NCBI GenBank assembly: GCA_963702505.1
Contig: CAVPCS010000012.1
Coordinates: forward strand, 110,494-174,493
Reading direction: 5' to 3'
Source of the DNA: an uncultured Actinomycetes bacterium
GTDB taxonomy: Bacteria > Actinomycetota > Thermoleophilia > Solirubrobacterales > Solirubrobacteraceae
DNA: 64,000 bases
Position 1 is the first letter of the stretch; the number at the start of each line of letters is the position of its first letter. The position numbers and the translations under genes were made by a program. The notes under the pieces were generated by a model. That model did not search any database and had not been told where the DNA came from. It saw only the letters and a list, made by a program, of their open reading frames with translations. This document shows, in pieces, positions 33,128 to 44,060 of the stretch.

Positions 33128-33564
33128 ATGGATCCCTGGGTCATCTGGCTGATCGTCGCCGTCGTGCTCGCCGCCGGCGAGATCGCGACGACGAGCTTCT
33201 TCCTCGGGCCGTTCGCGATCGGCGCGTTCGCCGCCGCGGCCGTCTCGCTCGTCGGCGGCGGGACGCATCGCCGCCTGGGTCGTGTTCGCCGTCGCCACGA
33301 TCGCCGCGTTCGCGATCGTCCGCCCGGTCGCGCGGCGCCACCTGCGCCAGCCGCCGAGCGTGCGCACCGGCACCGCGGCGCTGATCGGGCGCACCGCGCA
33401 GGTCGTCGAGCGCGTCTCCAACGACGACGACGCGGGCGCCATCAAGCTGGAGGGCGAGGTGTGGACCGCGCGGGCGTTACGAGGACGATCACGTCTTCGA
33501 GCCGGGCCAGCGCGTGTCCGTCGTCGAGATCAAGGGCGCGACCGCGCTCGTCACCGAGGACTGA
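33128..33564 (+). CDS. NfeD-family membrane protein (stomatin operon partner); one apparent frameshift
   Basis: The N-terminus is hydrophobic ([39 protein letters not shown]). The C-terminal OB-fold segment reads GEVWTAR...[19 protein letters not shown]. It lies directly upstream of the SPFH gene. Confidence 0.65.
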
Positions 33565-33572
33565 AGGACGAC

Positions 33573-34478
33573 ATGACCGAACTCATCGTGCTGGCCGTGC
33601 TCGTCATCTTCGCGCTGTTCGTCGCGGCGAAGACGATCCGGATCATCCCGCAGGCCAACGCCGGCGTCGTCGAGCGGCTGGGCCGCTACCAGCGCACGCT
33701 CGGCCCGGGCCTGGCGATCGTCATCCCGTTCGTGGACCGCGTGCGCCCGCTGATCGATCTGCGCGAGCAGGTCGTGACGTTCCCGCCGCAGCCGGTGATC
33801 ACGCAGGACAACGTGTCGGTCCAGATCGACACGGTCATCTACTTCACGATCACCGACCCGCGCGCGGCCTCCTACGAGATCGCCAACCCGCTGATCGGCA
33901 TCGAGCAGCTCACGGTCACGACGCTGCGCAACATCGTCGGCTCGCTGACGCTCGAGGAGGCGCTGACCGGCCGCGAGCGGGTGAACACCGAGCTGCGCGT
34001 CGTGCTCGACGAGCGCACGGGCAAGTGGGGGATCCGCGTCAACGGCGTCGAGCTGAAGTCGATCGACCCGCCCGCGTCGATCCAGGAGGCGATGGAGAAG
34101 CAGATGCGCGCCGAGCGCGACCGCCGCGCGACGATCCTCACCGCCGAGGGCGTCAAGCAGTCGCAGATCCTCACGGCCGAGGGCGAGAAGACCTCGTCGG
34201 TGCTGCGCGCCGAGGGCGCCCGCGCGTCCGCGATCCTGCGCGCCGAGGGCGACGCGAAGGCGATCGAGACGGTCTTCGCCGCGATCCACGAGGGCAAGCC
34301 CGACCAGGCGCTGCTGAGCTACCAGTACCTGCAGATGCTGCCCCAGATCGCACAGGGCGACGCCAACAAGGTCTGGGTGATCCCGAGCGAGGTCACGCAG
34401 GCGCTCGGGAACATCGGCGGGGTCGTCCAGCGGCTCGGCGGCGCGCCGCCGCCCGCGCCGGACGAGCCCGCGGCCTGA
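33573..34478 (+). CDS. SPFH/band-7 (stomatin/prohibitin-like) protein
   Basis: Intact 302 aa. An N-terminal TM segment is followed by IRIIPQANAGVVERLGRY...ITQDNVSVQIDTVIYFTITDP and a coiled-coil tail. Confidence 0.85.
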   Translation: MTELIVLAVLVIFALFVAAKTIRIIPQANAGVVERLGRYQRTLGPGLAIVIPFVDRVRPLIDLREQVVTFPPQPVITQDNVSVQIDTVIYFTITDPRAASYEIANPLIGIEQLTVTTLRNIVGSLTLEEALTGRERVNTELRVVLDERTGKWGIRVNGVELKSIDPPASIQEAMEKQMRAERDRRATILTAEGVKQSQILTAEGEKTSSVLRAEGARASAILRAEGDAKAIETVFAAIHEGKPDQALLSYQYLQMLPQIAQGDANKVWVIPSEVTQALGNIGGVVQRLGGAPPPAPDEPAA

Positions 34479-34513
34479 CGGCCGCCGGCCGCCCGGCTGT
34501 CAGACTGAGCGCC

Positions 34514-35848
34514 GTGTTCGACTCGCTCTCCGAGAAGCTCCAGGCGACGCTCTCCGACCTGCGCTCCCACGGGACGCTGACGGAGGAGGACGTCGATCGC
34601 GCGATGCGCGAGATCCGCCTGGCGCTGCTCGAGGCGGACGTGAACTTCAAGGTCGTCAAGCAGTTCACGGCGACGGTGAAGGAGCGCTGCCTGGGCGCCG
34701 ACGTGATCGGCGGGCTCAACTCCGGCCAGCAGGTCGTGAAGATCGTCGACGAGGAGCTCGCCGCGCTCATGGGCGGCGCCTCGGCGGGCATCAGCTTCTC
34801 GCCGCGCCCGCCGACGGTGATCCTGCTCGCCGGCCTGCAGGGGTCGGGCAAGACGACGGCGGCCGCGAAGCTCGCGCGCTACCTCAAGGAGGAGCACGGC
34901 TCGTCGGTCGCCCTCGCGGCCTGCGACGTCTACCGCCCGGCCGCGATCGAGCAGCTCGTGACGATGGGCGAGCGCGCCGGCGCCGACGTCTACGAGCGCG
35001 GCGCCGACGAGGACCCCGTCAAGATCGCCTCCTGGGCGCTCGACGAGGCCAAGCGCGCGGGCAAGGACGTGCTGATCGTCGACACCGCCGGCCGGCTCCA
35101 CGTGGACGCCGACCTCATGGACGAGCTCGTGCGGATCCGCAAGGCGACCAAGCCGATGCAGGTCCTGCTCGTCGTCGACGCGATGACCGGCCAGGACGCG
35201 GTCAACGTCGCCCAGCAGTTCGCCGAGGCGGTCGCGTTCGACGGCGTCGTGATGACGAAGCTCGACGGCGATGCGCGCGGCGGCGCGGCGCTGTCGGTCA
35301 AGGCGGTCACCGGCAAGCCGATCCTGTTCGCGAGCACCGGCGAGAAGATCGACCAGTTCGAGCGCTTCCACCCGGACCGCATGGCGCAGCGGATCCTCGG
35401 GATGGGCGACGTCCTCAGCCTGATCGAGAAGACGCAGAAGCAGTTCGACGAGGACGAGGCCGCCGAGCTGGAGCGCAAGCTGCGCCGCAACGAGTTCACG
35501 CTCGAGGACTTCCTCAAGCAGCTCCAGCAGGTGCGCCAGATGGGGCCGCTCCAGTCGCTGCTGGGGATGATGCCGGGCTTCGCCGGCCAGCAGCTCAAGG
35601 GCATGAAGGTCGACGAGAAGGAGCTCGACCGCGTGGAGGCGATCATCCGCTCGATGACGCTCGAGGAGCGGCGCCGCCCGGAGCTCATCAAGGGCTCGCG
35701 GCGCCTGCGCATCGCGCGCGGCTCGGGCACGAGCGTCCAGCAGGTCAACCAGCTCGTGAAGCAGTTCGACCAGATGCGCAAGCTCATGCGCCAGATCGGC
35801 CGCGGCAAGATGCCGGACATCGGCGCGCTCATGCGTCAGGCGCGCTGA
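34514..35848 (+). CDS. ffh: signal recognition particle protein Ffh
   Basis: Intact. The GTPase motif is LAGLQGSGKTTAAAKLA, followed by DTAGRLH and TKLDGDARGG. The M-domain is Met-rich (LLGMMPGF). Confidence 0.9.
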   Translation: MFDSLSEKLQATLSDLRSHGTLTEEDVDRAMREIRLALLEADVNFKVVKQFTATVKERCLGADVIGGLNSGQQVVKIVDEELAALMGGASAGISFSPRPPTVILLAGLQGSGKTTAAAKLARYLKEEHGSSVALAACDVYRPAAIEQLVTMGERAGADVYERGADEDPVKIASWALDEAKRAGKDVLIVDTAGRLHVDADLMDELVRIRKATKPMQVLLVVDAMTGQDAVNVAQQFAEAVAFDGVVMTKLDGDARGGAALSVKAVTGKPILFASTGEKIDQFERFHPDRMAQRILGMGDVLSLIEKTQKQFDEDEAAELERKLRRNEFTLEDFLKQLQQVRQMGPLQSLLGMMPGFAGQQLKGMKVDEKELDRVEAIIRSMTLEERRRPELIKGSRRLRIARGSGTSVQQVNQLVKQFDQMRKLMRQIGRGKMPDIGALMRQAR

Positions 35849-35902
35849 CGGCGACCCCGCTACCCTCAGGGACCGAGTTTTCGAGCGTTTCGAGAGGAAT
35901 CC

Positions 35903-36148
35903 GTGGCTGTACGACTGAGGCTCACCCGCGTGGGTGGCAAGAAGAACCCGATCTGGCGCGTCGTCGCGACCGATCAGCGCTCCCCGCGTGACGGGCGTTT
36001 CATCGAGGTCATCGGGCACTACAACGCCCAGACGAGCCCCTCGACGATCAGCCTCGACGAGGACAAGGTCCGCTCGTGGATCGCCAAGGGCGCGCAGCCG
36101 ACGGACCAGGTGCGCAAGCTCATGAAGATCCAGGGCATCAGCGTCTGA
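35903..36148 (+). CDS. rpsP: 30S ribosomal protein S16
   Basis: Reads [41 protein letters not shown]. Confidence 0.9.
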   Translation: MAVRLRLTRVGGKKNPIWRVVATDQRSPRDGRFIEVIGHYNAQTSPSTISLDEDKVRSWIAKGAQPTDQVRKLMKIQGISV

Positions 36149-36158
36149 CGCATCGGCG

Positions 36159-36392
36159 ATGCGCGAGCTGCTCGAAGACCTCGCGCGCGCGCTCGTCACC
36201 GACCCCGACGCCGTCGAGGTCGAGGAGTTCGAGGAGGACGACGGCACCGTCGTGCTCGAGCTGTCGGTCGGCGAGGACGACTACGGGAAGATCATCGGCC
36301 GCGGCGGGCGCACCGCGAACGCGCTGCGCACGGTGATCAAGGCCGCGGCGGTCCAGGAGAACCGCCGCGTGCTCATCGACATCGTCGACTGA
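36159..36392 (+). CDS. KH domain RNA-binding protein (YlqC-like)
   Basis: 77 aa with GKIIGRGGRTANALRTV (KH GxxG loop). Its position between rpsP and rimM is the conserved one. Confidence 0.85.
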   Translation: MRELLEDLARALVTDPDAVEVEEFEEDDGTVVLELSVGEDDYGKIIGRGGRTANALRTVIKAAAVQENRRVLIDIVD

Positions 36393-36394
36393 CC

Positions 36395-36900
36395 GTGGCC
36401 CGCGAGCGGGCCGACTGGCTGCCGGCAGGACGCATCGGAAGGCCCCACGGGCTCGACGGCAGCTTCCACGTGACGCGTCCCCGCCCGGGCTGCTGGCCCT
36501 CGGCGGGCGCATCCGCGTGGCGGAGCGCGAGAGCGAGATCACGCGGCGCGCCGGCACCGACGAGCGCCCGATCGTCCGCGTGGCGGGCGTCGAGCGCCGC
36601 GAGGACGTCGAGGCGCTGCGCGGCGCGCAGCTCCTGTGCCCGCGCACCGAGGCGCGTGCCCTGGGCGCGGACGAGTGGTGGGCCGAGGACCTCGAGGGCT
36701 GCCGGGTCGTCGACGGCGAGGCGCCCGTCGGCGTGGTGCGCCGCCTCGTCGGGCTGCCGTCCTGCGAGGTGCTCGAGGTGGAGCGCGAGGCCGCCGCGGA
36801 CCTGCTCATCCCGATGGTGCGAGACGCCATCCGCAGCGTCGACGTCGCGGCCGGCGTCATCGACGTGGACGTCGCCTTCCTCGGCGAGCAGGCAGGATGA
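36395..36900 (+). CDS. rimM: ribosome maturation factor RimM; one apparent frameshift
   Basis: Begins LPAGRIGRPHGLDGSFHV, and the PRC barrel C-terminus is in the second frame, ending 36898-36900. Confidence 0.8.
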
Positions 36901-36904
36901 GGGC

Positions 36905-37588
36905 GTGCAGCTCGACGTCGTCACGCTCTTTCCCCAATGGTTCGGCTGGTTCAGCGAGCAGCGGCATGTCGCCAACGCGCTCGCCGCGGGCAACGAGCTG
37001 CGCGCGCTCGACCTGCGCGAGCACACGCCGCTGAGCGGCGGGCAGGTCGACGACACGCCGTTCGGGGGCGGGGCCGGGATGGTCCTGCGCGTGGACGTCA
37101 TGGACCAGGCGCTGCGCGGCTTCTACGGCACGGACCCGGTGGACCTGCGGCGCGAGCGACGGGTCATCGCACTCACGCCGGGCGGCCGGATCCTCGACGA
37201 GGCGCTGGTCAACGAGTTGGCGGCCGAGCCGGCGGTGACGCTCCTCTGCGGGCGCTACGAGGGCTTCGACGAGCGCATCGTCCAGCATTTCTGCAGCGAC
37301 GCGGTGTCGATCGGGCGCTACGTGCTCGCGGGCGGCGAGCTCGCGGCGATGGTCGTCTGCGACGCGGTGCTGCGCAAGCTCCCGGGCGCGCTGGGACACG
37401 CCGACTCGGCGGCGGAGGAGTCGTTCTCCGCGGCGCTCGGCGGGGATCCGGAGTACCCGCACTACACGCGGCCGGCGGATTACCGCGGCTGGAGCGTCCC
37501 GGAGGTGCTGCTGTCCGGCCACCACGAGGAGATCCGCCGCTGGCGTCGTGCACGCAGCCGCGAGCGCGGCGCGACCGGGGGCGCCTGA
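36905..37588 (+). CDS. trmD: tRNA (guanine37-N1)-methyltransferase TrmD
   Basis: Starts at GTG. Reads [16 protein letters not shown]...[16 protein letters not shown]...[13 protein letters not shown] (SPOUT knot motifs). Confidence 0.9.
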   Translation: MQLDVVTLFPQWFGWFSEQRHVANALAAGNELRALDLREHTPLSGGQVDDTPFGGGAGMVLRVDVMDQALRGFYGTDPVDLRRERRVIALTPGGRILDEALVNELAAEPAVTLLCGRYEGFDERIVQHFCSDAVSIGRYVLAGGELAAMVVCDAVLRKLPGALGHADSAAEESFSAALGGDPEYPHYTRPADYRGWSVPEVLLSGHHEEIRRWRRARSRERGATGGA

Positions 37589-37736
37589 CGGTCGCCGCCG
37601 CGGCGGCCGCCGGGGCGCGGATCGACGGCGAACGCGGCTCCGCTATCCTGATCCGTCGCGCGGCGTGCCTTCCGGCCCCGTCCTCACGGGACGCGGCCAC
37701 TCACCTCGGCCCCGTCCCCGCGCGCATCCCTTTGCC

Positions 37737-38378
37737 ATGAGCACCGTCATCGACAGCCTCGAGCGCGCCCAGCTGCGCCGGGTCCCCAACTTCGCCCCCG
37801 GCGACCGCGTGAAGGTCCACTTCCAGGTCATCGAGGGAACGCGCCGCCGCACCCAGGTGTTCGAGGGCGTCGTCATCAAGCGCCAGGGCCACGGTGCTCG
37901 CGAGACGTTCACCGTCCGCAAGCAGTCGTTCGGCGTCGGCGTCGAGCGCACGTTCCCGGTCCACTCGCCGAAGATCGAGAAGATCGAGGTGGCGGCCCGC
38001 GGTGACGTGCGGCGCGCCAAGCTCTACTACCTGCGTGATCGGGTCGGCAAGCGCGCCCGGGTGCGCGAGCGCCGCTACGTCGGTCCGGAGGTCGAGATCG
38101 AGCCGGGCCTGCTCCACGACGAGGCGCCGGTCGACGACGTCGCCCCCGAGGACGCGGACGTCGAGGCCGCCGAGGCCGACGCTCCCGAGGCCGACGCCAC
38201 GGAGACCGCCGAGGTCACCGAGGCTGCCGAGGCCCCTGAGGTCGAGGCCGTCGAGGAGGCTCCCGCCGAGGCGCAGGACGCCGCGGACGAGCCCGAGGCG
38301 CCCGCCGCGGAGCCGCAGGCCGAGGCCGCGGAGGCCGAGGCCGAGGGCGACACGCCCGCCGCAGACGATCAGAAGTGA
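37737..38378 (+). CDS. rplS: 50S ribosomal protein L19 with ~100-aa acidic Glu/Ala-rich C-terminal extension
   Basis: The L19 core is [85 protein letters not shown] (~115 aa). It continues in frame as [85 protein letters not shown]. Confidence 0.85.
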   Translation: MSTVIDSLERAQLRRVPNFAPGDRVKVHFQVIEGTRRRTQVFEGVVIKRQGHGARETFTVRKQSFGVGVERTFPVHSPKIEKIEVAARGDVRRAKLYYLRDRVGKRARVRERRYVGPEVEIEPGLLHDEAPVDDVAPEDADVEAAEADAPEADATETAEVTEAAEAPEVEAVEEAPAEAQDAADEPEAPAAEPQAEAAEAEAEGDTPAADDQK

Positions 38379-39010
38379 GCAGGCGCGACAGCGCTGAGGC
38401 GAAGTCCGCGGGGAGCTCGCTCCTCGAGCTCGTCGTCATCGTCGCGGTCGCGCTGGGCATGGCCCTCGCGATCCAGGCGTTCCTCGTCAAGCCGTACCGG
38501 ATCCCGAGCGAGTCGATGGTGCCGACGCTCACCGTCGGCCAGCGCGTCCTGGTGAATCGCATCGGCACGCGCTTCGGCGAGCCGTCGGTCGGGGACGTCC
38601 TCGTCTTCAACCCGCCGGCGGGCGCCGAGTCGGCGACCGGCGACCAGTGCGGCGAACAGCCCAAGCCGGGCGCCGCGTGCGACAAGCCGACGCCCGAGCG
38701 CGCGGACGTGAACTTCATCAAGCGCCTCGTCGGCGGTCCGGGCGACACCATCGCGGTGCGCGACGGCCGCGTGATCCGCAACGGCAAGCCGACGAAGGAG
38801 CCGTTCATCAGCGACACCTGCGTCGACGACGCCGGCGCCGGCTGCAACTTCCGTAACCCGATCACGATTCCGCCCGGGCACTACTTCATGATGGGCGACA
38901 ATCGTGGCGAGTCGGACGACAGCAGATTCTGGGGCCCCGTCCCCGAGTCCTGGATCATCGGAGCGGCCTTCGCCACCTACTGGCCGCCCGATCGCGTCGG
39001 TCTCCTCTGA
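38375..39010 (+). CDS. lepB: signal peptidase I
   Basis: Intact. The catalytic Ser context is [10 protein letters not shown] and box D/E is [20 protein letters not shown]. Confidence 0.9.
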   Translation: MSRRDSAEAKSAGSSLLELVVIVAVALGMALAIQAFLVKPYRIPSESMVPTLTVGQRVLVNRIGTRFGEPSVGDVLVFNPPAGAESATGDQCGEQPKPGAACDKPTPERADVNFIKRLVGGPGDTIAVRDGRVIRNGKPTKEPFISDTCVDDAGAGCNFRNPITIPPGHYFMMGDNRGESDDSRFWGPVPESWIIGAAFATYWPPDRVGLL

Positions 39011-39710
39011 TCCCGCCGTCGCGACGGCGCCCGCGTCGGCGCGCGCGACGCCCGCACGCCGCAAGACCAAGCGCCCGACCTCGGGCCGGCGTCTGTTCGC
39101 GTTCGACCGCGGCCTCGGCGTGCGATACGTCGCGGGCGCCGACGAGGCGGGCCGTGGGTGCCTCGCCGGCCCGCTCGTGGGGGCCGCCGTGCTGTTCGAC
39201 CTGGAGCGCATCGGCGTCGCCGAGGAGCGTGCGCTCGCGGCGCTCAACGACTCCAAGCAGCACGACGAGGCGACGCGCGAGGCGCTCTACCCCGTCGTGC
39301 TGCGGACGGCCGCGCGTGCGGCGATCGTCTCCCGCTGCGCACGCGGGATCGACAGCCGCGGACTGCATCGCACGAATCTCGAAGCGCTGAGCGACGCGCT
39401 GAAGCGGGTCGCGCGGCCGGGTTCCCTCTGTCTGGTCGACGGGTTCGCCGTGCCGGACGTCGGGTACGAGCAGCGACCGATCGTCGGCGGGGACGCGACG
39501 AGCGCGGCGATCGCCGCCGCGTCGATCCTGGCGAAGGTCACGCGCGACCGGTTCATGCGCCGTGCCGACGAGCTGCACCCGGGCTGGGAGTTCGGCGCGC
39601 ACGTCGGCTACTCGACGCCCGAGCACCGCGCCGCGATCCTGCGCCAGGGCGTCTCCCCGCTGCACCGGATGTCGTTCCAGTCGACGGCCTACCAGCAGCT
39701 CGCGCTCTGA
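39010..39710 (+). CDS. rnhB: ribonuclease HII
   Basis: Reads VAGADEAGRGCLAGPLVGAAVLF (DEAGRG active site)...LNDSKQ...VDG. The start codon is uncertain. Confidence 0.8.
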
Positions 39711-39712
39711 CA

Positions 39713-40085
39713 TCAGAACGCCGCCTCGAGGTGGTCGAGCCGCACCAGGCCGCCCCGCGCGTCCATCACGACGCCGACCGCGTCGAAGCGGATGGCCGCT
39801 GCGGCGGGTCGGTCATTCCGGTCGTGGAGGTACGCGCGCGCCATGCGCCGCACCTGCCGGCGCTTGCGGTCGTCGAGCGCGTCCCACACCGCGCCGGGTC
39901 GCTGCGCACGCCGTGACTTGACCTCGACGAACACGAGCGCGTCCGCGTCGCGCATGACGAGGTCGATCTCGCCGAACCGGGTGCGGTGGTTGGCCGCCAC
40001 GAGGTCGTAGCCCAGCCGTCGCAGGTGGTCGAGGGCGTGCTGCTCGCCTTGGCGGCCGAGCGTCTGGCGTGGGTCTGGGGACACC
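39713..40085 (-). CDS. yraN: YraN family (UPF0102) predicted endonuclease
   Basis: Reads GEQHALDHLRRLGYDLVAANHRTRFGEIDLVMRDADALVFVEVKSRR (characteristic GEID...VEVK). It lies on the opposite strand to its usual neighbours. The start is approximate. Confidence 0.75.
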
Positions 40086-40263
40086 CGCCGGACCGTACGG
40101 AGGCCGGTGTGACGGCGCACCGGCGTCTCTGCGCCCGAATCGCGGCAGTTCTGCACCCGATCTGCGGCGCCCGGGCCGCCTGCGCAATGACGTTGCAGAG
40201 GTGGGGGAGAGACGAGGCATTCCCAGCGCCACAGGCGCAGATCTCTCACCTAGCGTGACGCCC

Positions 40264-41772
40264 ATGTTCGCCCGCGTCACGACATTCACCCTCGAGGGCC
40301 TCGATCCGTGCCCGGTCGTGGTCGAGGCGGACCTGCGCGCGGGCCTGCCGGCGTTCACGATCGTCGGGCTCGCCGACCGCTCCGTGAGCGAGGCGCGCGA
40401 GCGCGTCCGGGCCGCGATCCAGAACAGCGGCCTGGAGTTCCCCATGCGTCGGGTCACCGTGAACCTCGCACCCGCGCATCTGCGCAAGGCGGGCCCGGGG
40501 TTCGACCTCGCGATCGCCTGCGCCATCCTGGCCGCGAGCGGGCAGCTCGCGCCGGGGCCGCTCGACGGCGTCGCCGTGGTGGGAGAGCTCTCACTGACCG
40601 GCGAGGTGCGGCCGTGTCGCGGGGTCCTCGCCGCCGCGCTCGGCGCGCGCGATGCCGGGATGCGCGGCGTGCTCGTCGCCGGCGACCGCGTCCGTGAGGC
40701 GCAGGTCGTCGAGGACCTGGAGGTCCGGGGGACGACGACGCTCGCGTCGCTGCGCGCCGTGCTCGAGGCGCCCGCGGCAGTGCGCGAGGACCGGCCCGGG
40801 GAGGCGGTGGGAGGGCGTCACCCAGAGGCACCGGATCTGGCGGACGTCCGCGGGCAGGCCGGCGCGATCGCGGCGCTCACGGTCGCCGCGGCGGGTGGAC
40901 ACAACCTCCTGCTCGTCGGCCCGCCCGGAACCGGCAAGACCATGCTCGCGCGGCGGATGCCGTCCATCCTGCCGCCGCTCGCGACCGACGAGGCGCTGGA
41001 GGTCACGCGCATCCACAGCGTCGCCGGCCTGCGCACCGACGAGGGCATCGCGCACGTCCGGCCGTTCCGCGCGCCGCACCACACGATCTCGGCCGCCGGT
41101 CTGATCGGCGGTGGCCCCGGCCCCTCTCCCGGAGAGGCCACATTGGCCCACGGCGGGGTCCTGTTCCTGGACGAGCTGGCGGAGTTCGATCGCCGGGCCC
41201 TCGAGGCGCTGCGCCAGCCGCTCGAGGACGGGCACGTCGCGATCGTCCGGCAGAACCGCGTCGCGCGCTACCCCACGCGCTGCGCCCTCGTCGCTGCGAC
41301 GAATCCGTGTCCCTGCGGGCGCGGGGGAGCCGCCTGTCGCTGCGGCGAAGCGGATCTGCTGCGCCACGCGCGCCGCCTCTCGGGCCCGCTGCTCGACCGG
41401 ATCGACCTCGTCGTCGGTGTCGAGCGGCCGAGCGCGAGCGACCTCGGTGCCGCGGCCGTGACGACCTCCGAGCAGGTGCGCGCCGAGGTGCTGGCCGCGC
41501 GGCGGCTGCAGTCCGATCGCGGCGTGCGGTGCAACGCGGACCTGCGCGGCGCCCGCCTGCGGGCCGCAGCCGCGCCGACATCCGACGCGCGCCGCCTGCT
41601 CGACCGGGTCTACGAGGCCGGCACCCTGTCGGCGCGCGGCCGCGAGCGCGCCCTGCGCGTCGCACGGACCGTCGCCGACCTCGACGGCGCCGCACGCGTC
41701 AGCGACGACCATCTGCGGATCGCACTGGCCTACCGCCGCCAGGACGAGACCCTGACGCGCGACGCGGCATGA
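40264..41772 (+). CDS. comM: YifB/ComM family ATP-dependent protease/Mg-chelatase-like AAA+ protein
   Basis: Intact 503 aa. The N-terminal Lon-like domain is followed by an AAA+ core (LLLVGPPGTGKTMLARR, GVLFLDELAEFD) and then a C-terminal domain. Confidence 0.9.
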   Translation: MFARVTTFTLEGLDPCPVVVEADLRAGLPAFTIVGLADRSVSEARERVRAAIQNSGLEFPMRRVTVNLAPAHLRKAGPGFDLAIACAILAASGQLAPGPLDGVAVVGELSLTGEVRPCRGVLAAALGARDAGMRGVLVAGDRVREAQVVEDLEVRGTTTLASLRAVLEAPAAVREDRPGEAVGGRHPEAPDLADVRGQAGAIAALTVAAAGGHNLLLVGPPGTGKTMLARRMPSILPPLATDEALEVTRIHSVAGLRTDEGIAHVRPFRAPHHTISAAGLIGGGPGPSPGEATLAHGGVLFLDELAEFDRRALEALRQPLEDGHVAIVRQNRVARYPTRCALVAATNPCPCGRGGAACRCGEADLLRHARRLSGPLLDRIDLVVGVERPSASDLGAAAVTTSEQVRAEVLAARRLQSDRGVRCNADLRGARLRAAAAPTSDARRLLDRVYEAGTLSARGRERALRVARTVADLDGAARVSDDHLRIALAYRRQDETLTRDAA

Positions 41773-42890
41773 CGGGCGGCACGCTCATGGACGTCTGCGA
41801 CGCCTGTGCCCGGCGCTCGTGGCTCATCGCCCGACTCGCCGGCCATCTCGAGCAGCGGCGCGGCGAGCGCGAGGTCATCCGCGAGGTTCTCGGGCTCTCC
41901 GACCGGCGCCTCATCGAGGCGCTCGGCGGCCTCCTCGCCGAGGCGATCGCCGACGAGCACGCGGCCGTGGACGCCGCCGGCCTGCGCGCCCGCTGGTCCG
42001 CGGCCGGCAGCCACGCGACCTGCCGCCACAGCGCGCGCTACCCGGCACGCCTCCACGACCTGCCGGACGCGCCCGCCGTCCTGCACCTGCGCGGCGAGGC
42101 ATCGCGGCTCGCGACCCTGCTGGCGGCGCCGTGCATCGCGATCGTGGGAGCGCGCAAGGCGTCGGAGGACGGCCGCGAAATCGCGCGGTCCCTCGGACGC
42201 GGGTTGTCCGCCGCCGGCGTGACCGTGGTCAGCGGCATGGCGCTCGGGATCGATGCGTCCGCCCACGACGGGGCGGTCGACGCCGGCGCCAACTCGCTCG
42301 CGGTCCTGGCGTGCGGGCCGGAGATCGCCTACCCGCGCAGCCGCACTGCGCTGCACCGCACGCTGACGGACGCCGGCGGGGTCGTCTCCGAGCTCCCTCC
42401 GGGAACGGCGCCCTACAGGTGGGCGTTCCCGGCGCGCAACAGGACCATCGCGGCGCTCGCGGGGATGGTCATCGTCGTCGAGGCGGCGGAGCGGTCCGGG
42501 TCGCTCATCACGGCCGAGATCGCGATCGGCCTCGGGCGCGAGGTCGGCGCGGTGCCCGGATCCCCACTGAGCTGGCGCTGCTCCGGGACCAACCAGCTCC
42601 TGCGCGAGGGCGCGACGGTCGTGCGCGACGCCGTCGACGCGCTGGACGGCCTCAGCTGCACGATCGACCTCGTCCCGGGTGTGCGGGGGGCCGCCCGCGC
42701 CGCGCCGCCGGGCCTGCCCGAGCGGCTGCAGGACCTCCTGGAGGCGATCGAGCGCGGCGAGGACGGCGTGGACGACCACGCGGCGACCGCCGCCGATGCA
42801 CGCACCGTCCTGGGCGACCTCACCGAACTCGAGCTGCTCGGGCTGATCCGCCGGCGGCCCGGCGGGCGCTACGCGCGGGTGACGCGATGA
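41769..42890 (+). CDS. dprA: DNA-protecting protein DprA
   Basis: Intact. The Rossmann-like core reads [13 protein letters not shown]...[19 protein letters not shown]...[15 protein letters not shown]. The start overlaps the comM stop by 4 bp. Confidence 0.9.
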   Translation: MTGGTLMDVCDACARRSWLIARLAGHLEQRRGEREVIREVLGLSDRRLIEALGGLLAEAIADEHAAVDAAGLRARWSAAGSHATCRHSARYPARLHDLPDAPAVLHLRGEASRLATLLAAPCIAIVGARKASEDGREIARSLGRGLSAAGVTVVSGMALGIDASAHDGAVDAGANSLAVLACGPEIAYPRSRTALHRTLTDAGGVVSELPPGTAPYRWAFPARNRTIAALAGMVIVVEAAERSGSLITAEIAIGLGREVGAVPGSPLSWRCSGTNQLLREGATVVRDAVDALDGLSCTIDLVPGVRGAARAAPPGLPERLQDLLEAIERGEDGVDDHAATAADARTVLGDLTELELLGLIRRRPGGRYARVTR

Positions 42891-42923
42891 GGGCGACGGC
42901 CGCGACCTATCCTGGGCGCCTCG

Positions 42924-43731
42924 ATGACCGCGTCCCGCGCCATTCCCGTGTGCCTCACGATCGCCGGCTCGGACTCCGGCGGGGGAGCCGGCATCCAGGC
43001 CGACCTGAAGGCCTTCGCCCGCGCCGGCGTCCACGGGACGACGGCGATCACTGCGATCACCGCCCAGAACACCGTCGCGGTCACGCGCGTCGAGCCCGTC
43101 AGCCCGGACATGATCGTCGAGCAGGTCCGCGCCGTCGTGGACGACCTCGGGGTCGACGCGGTGAAGATCGGGATGCTCGGGATCGGTCGACAGCACGGAC
43201 GCGGTGGCGCGCGCGCTCGACCTCCTGCGCCCCCGGACGCCCGTCGTCGTCGACCCCGTGATGGTCGCGGAGTCCGGTGGGCGCCTGCTGGACGCCGGCG
43301 CCGAGGGGGCGCTGCGCGAGCTCATCCTCCCGCGCGCGACCGTCGTGACGCCGAACGTCCCCGAGGCGCGCGTGCTCGCGGGGCTGGGCGAGGATGCCGC
43401 GCCGGAGGACCTGGTGCGCGCCATCCACGCACTCGGGCCCGCAGGTGGTCGTCCTCACGGGCGGGCATCGCGACGAGGCCACCGATCTGCTGTTCGACGG
43501 CGAGCAGCGTCGACGGCGATTCCCGGCGTGCGGCACCCGGACGGTGCGGCCCACGGGTCGGGGTGCACGCACGCATCGACGCTCGCCGCGCAGCTGTCGC
43601 TCGGGCGTTCGCCGCTCGAGGCGGCGCGCATCGCGCGCGAGGTCGCCGGGGATGCCGTGCGCGACGGGCTCCGCGGCATCGGCGCGGGCGCCGGGCCGGT
43701 CAACGTGCTCGGGCTCAGCGCACCCCGCTGA
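42924..43731 (+). CDS. thiD: hydroxymethylpyrimidine/phosphomethylpyrimidine kinase; 2-3 apparent frameshifts
   Basis: Reads [42 protein letters not shown]...DAVKIGMLG. Later it reads [12 protein letters not shown] and [17 protein letters not shown] (the canonical GTGC loop is GSGC here). Confidence 0.8.
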
Positions 43732-43785
43732 GGGCGCGCTGCGCGCGGCCCCGGGTCCCAGCCCGCCTGCCATACTGGATCGGTC

Positions 43786-44034
43786 ATGAGGTTTCTGCGC
43801 ATGAAGCCCGGGCATGGCGAGATCCTGCTCGCCGAGGGCGATGTCGCCCGGCCCGAAGAGGAGGAGCTGCTCGTCGAGGAGTTCCGCCGTCAGCTCGACC
43901 TCGGGCTCTGGGCCGCGGTGCCCGTCGCGACCGCCGAAGGCCGGCGTGAGGCCCGGATGGTCCGCGACTTCTCCGACATCCCGCGTGACGCCGATCGCGT
44001 CATCTTCTTCCCGCGCGCCGCCGGCGGGAACTGA
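43786..44034 (+). CDS. small acidic hypothetical protein (82 aa)
   Basis: Intact ORF MRFLRMKPGHGEILLAEGDVARPEEEELLVEEFRRQLD.... No homology was recognised. Confidence 0.35.
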   Translation: MRFLRMKPGHGEILLAEGDVARPEEEELLVEEFRRQLDLGLWAAVPVATAEGRREARMVRDFSDIPRDADRVIFFPRAAGGN

Positions 44035-44060
44035 GCGGACGAGCCGGAGGGCGTGCGGTC

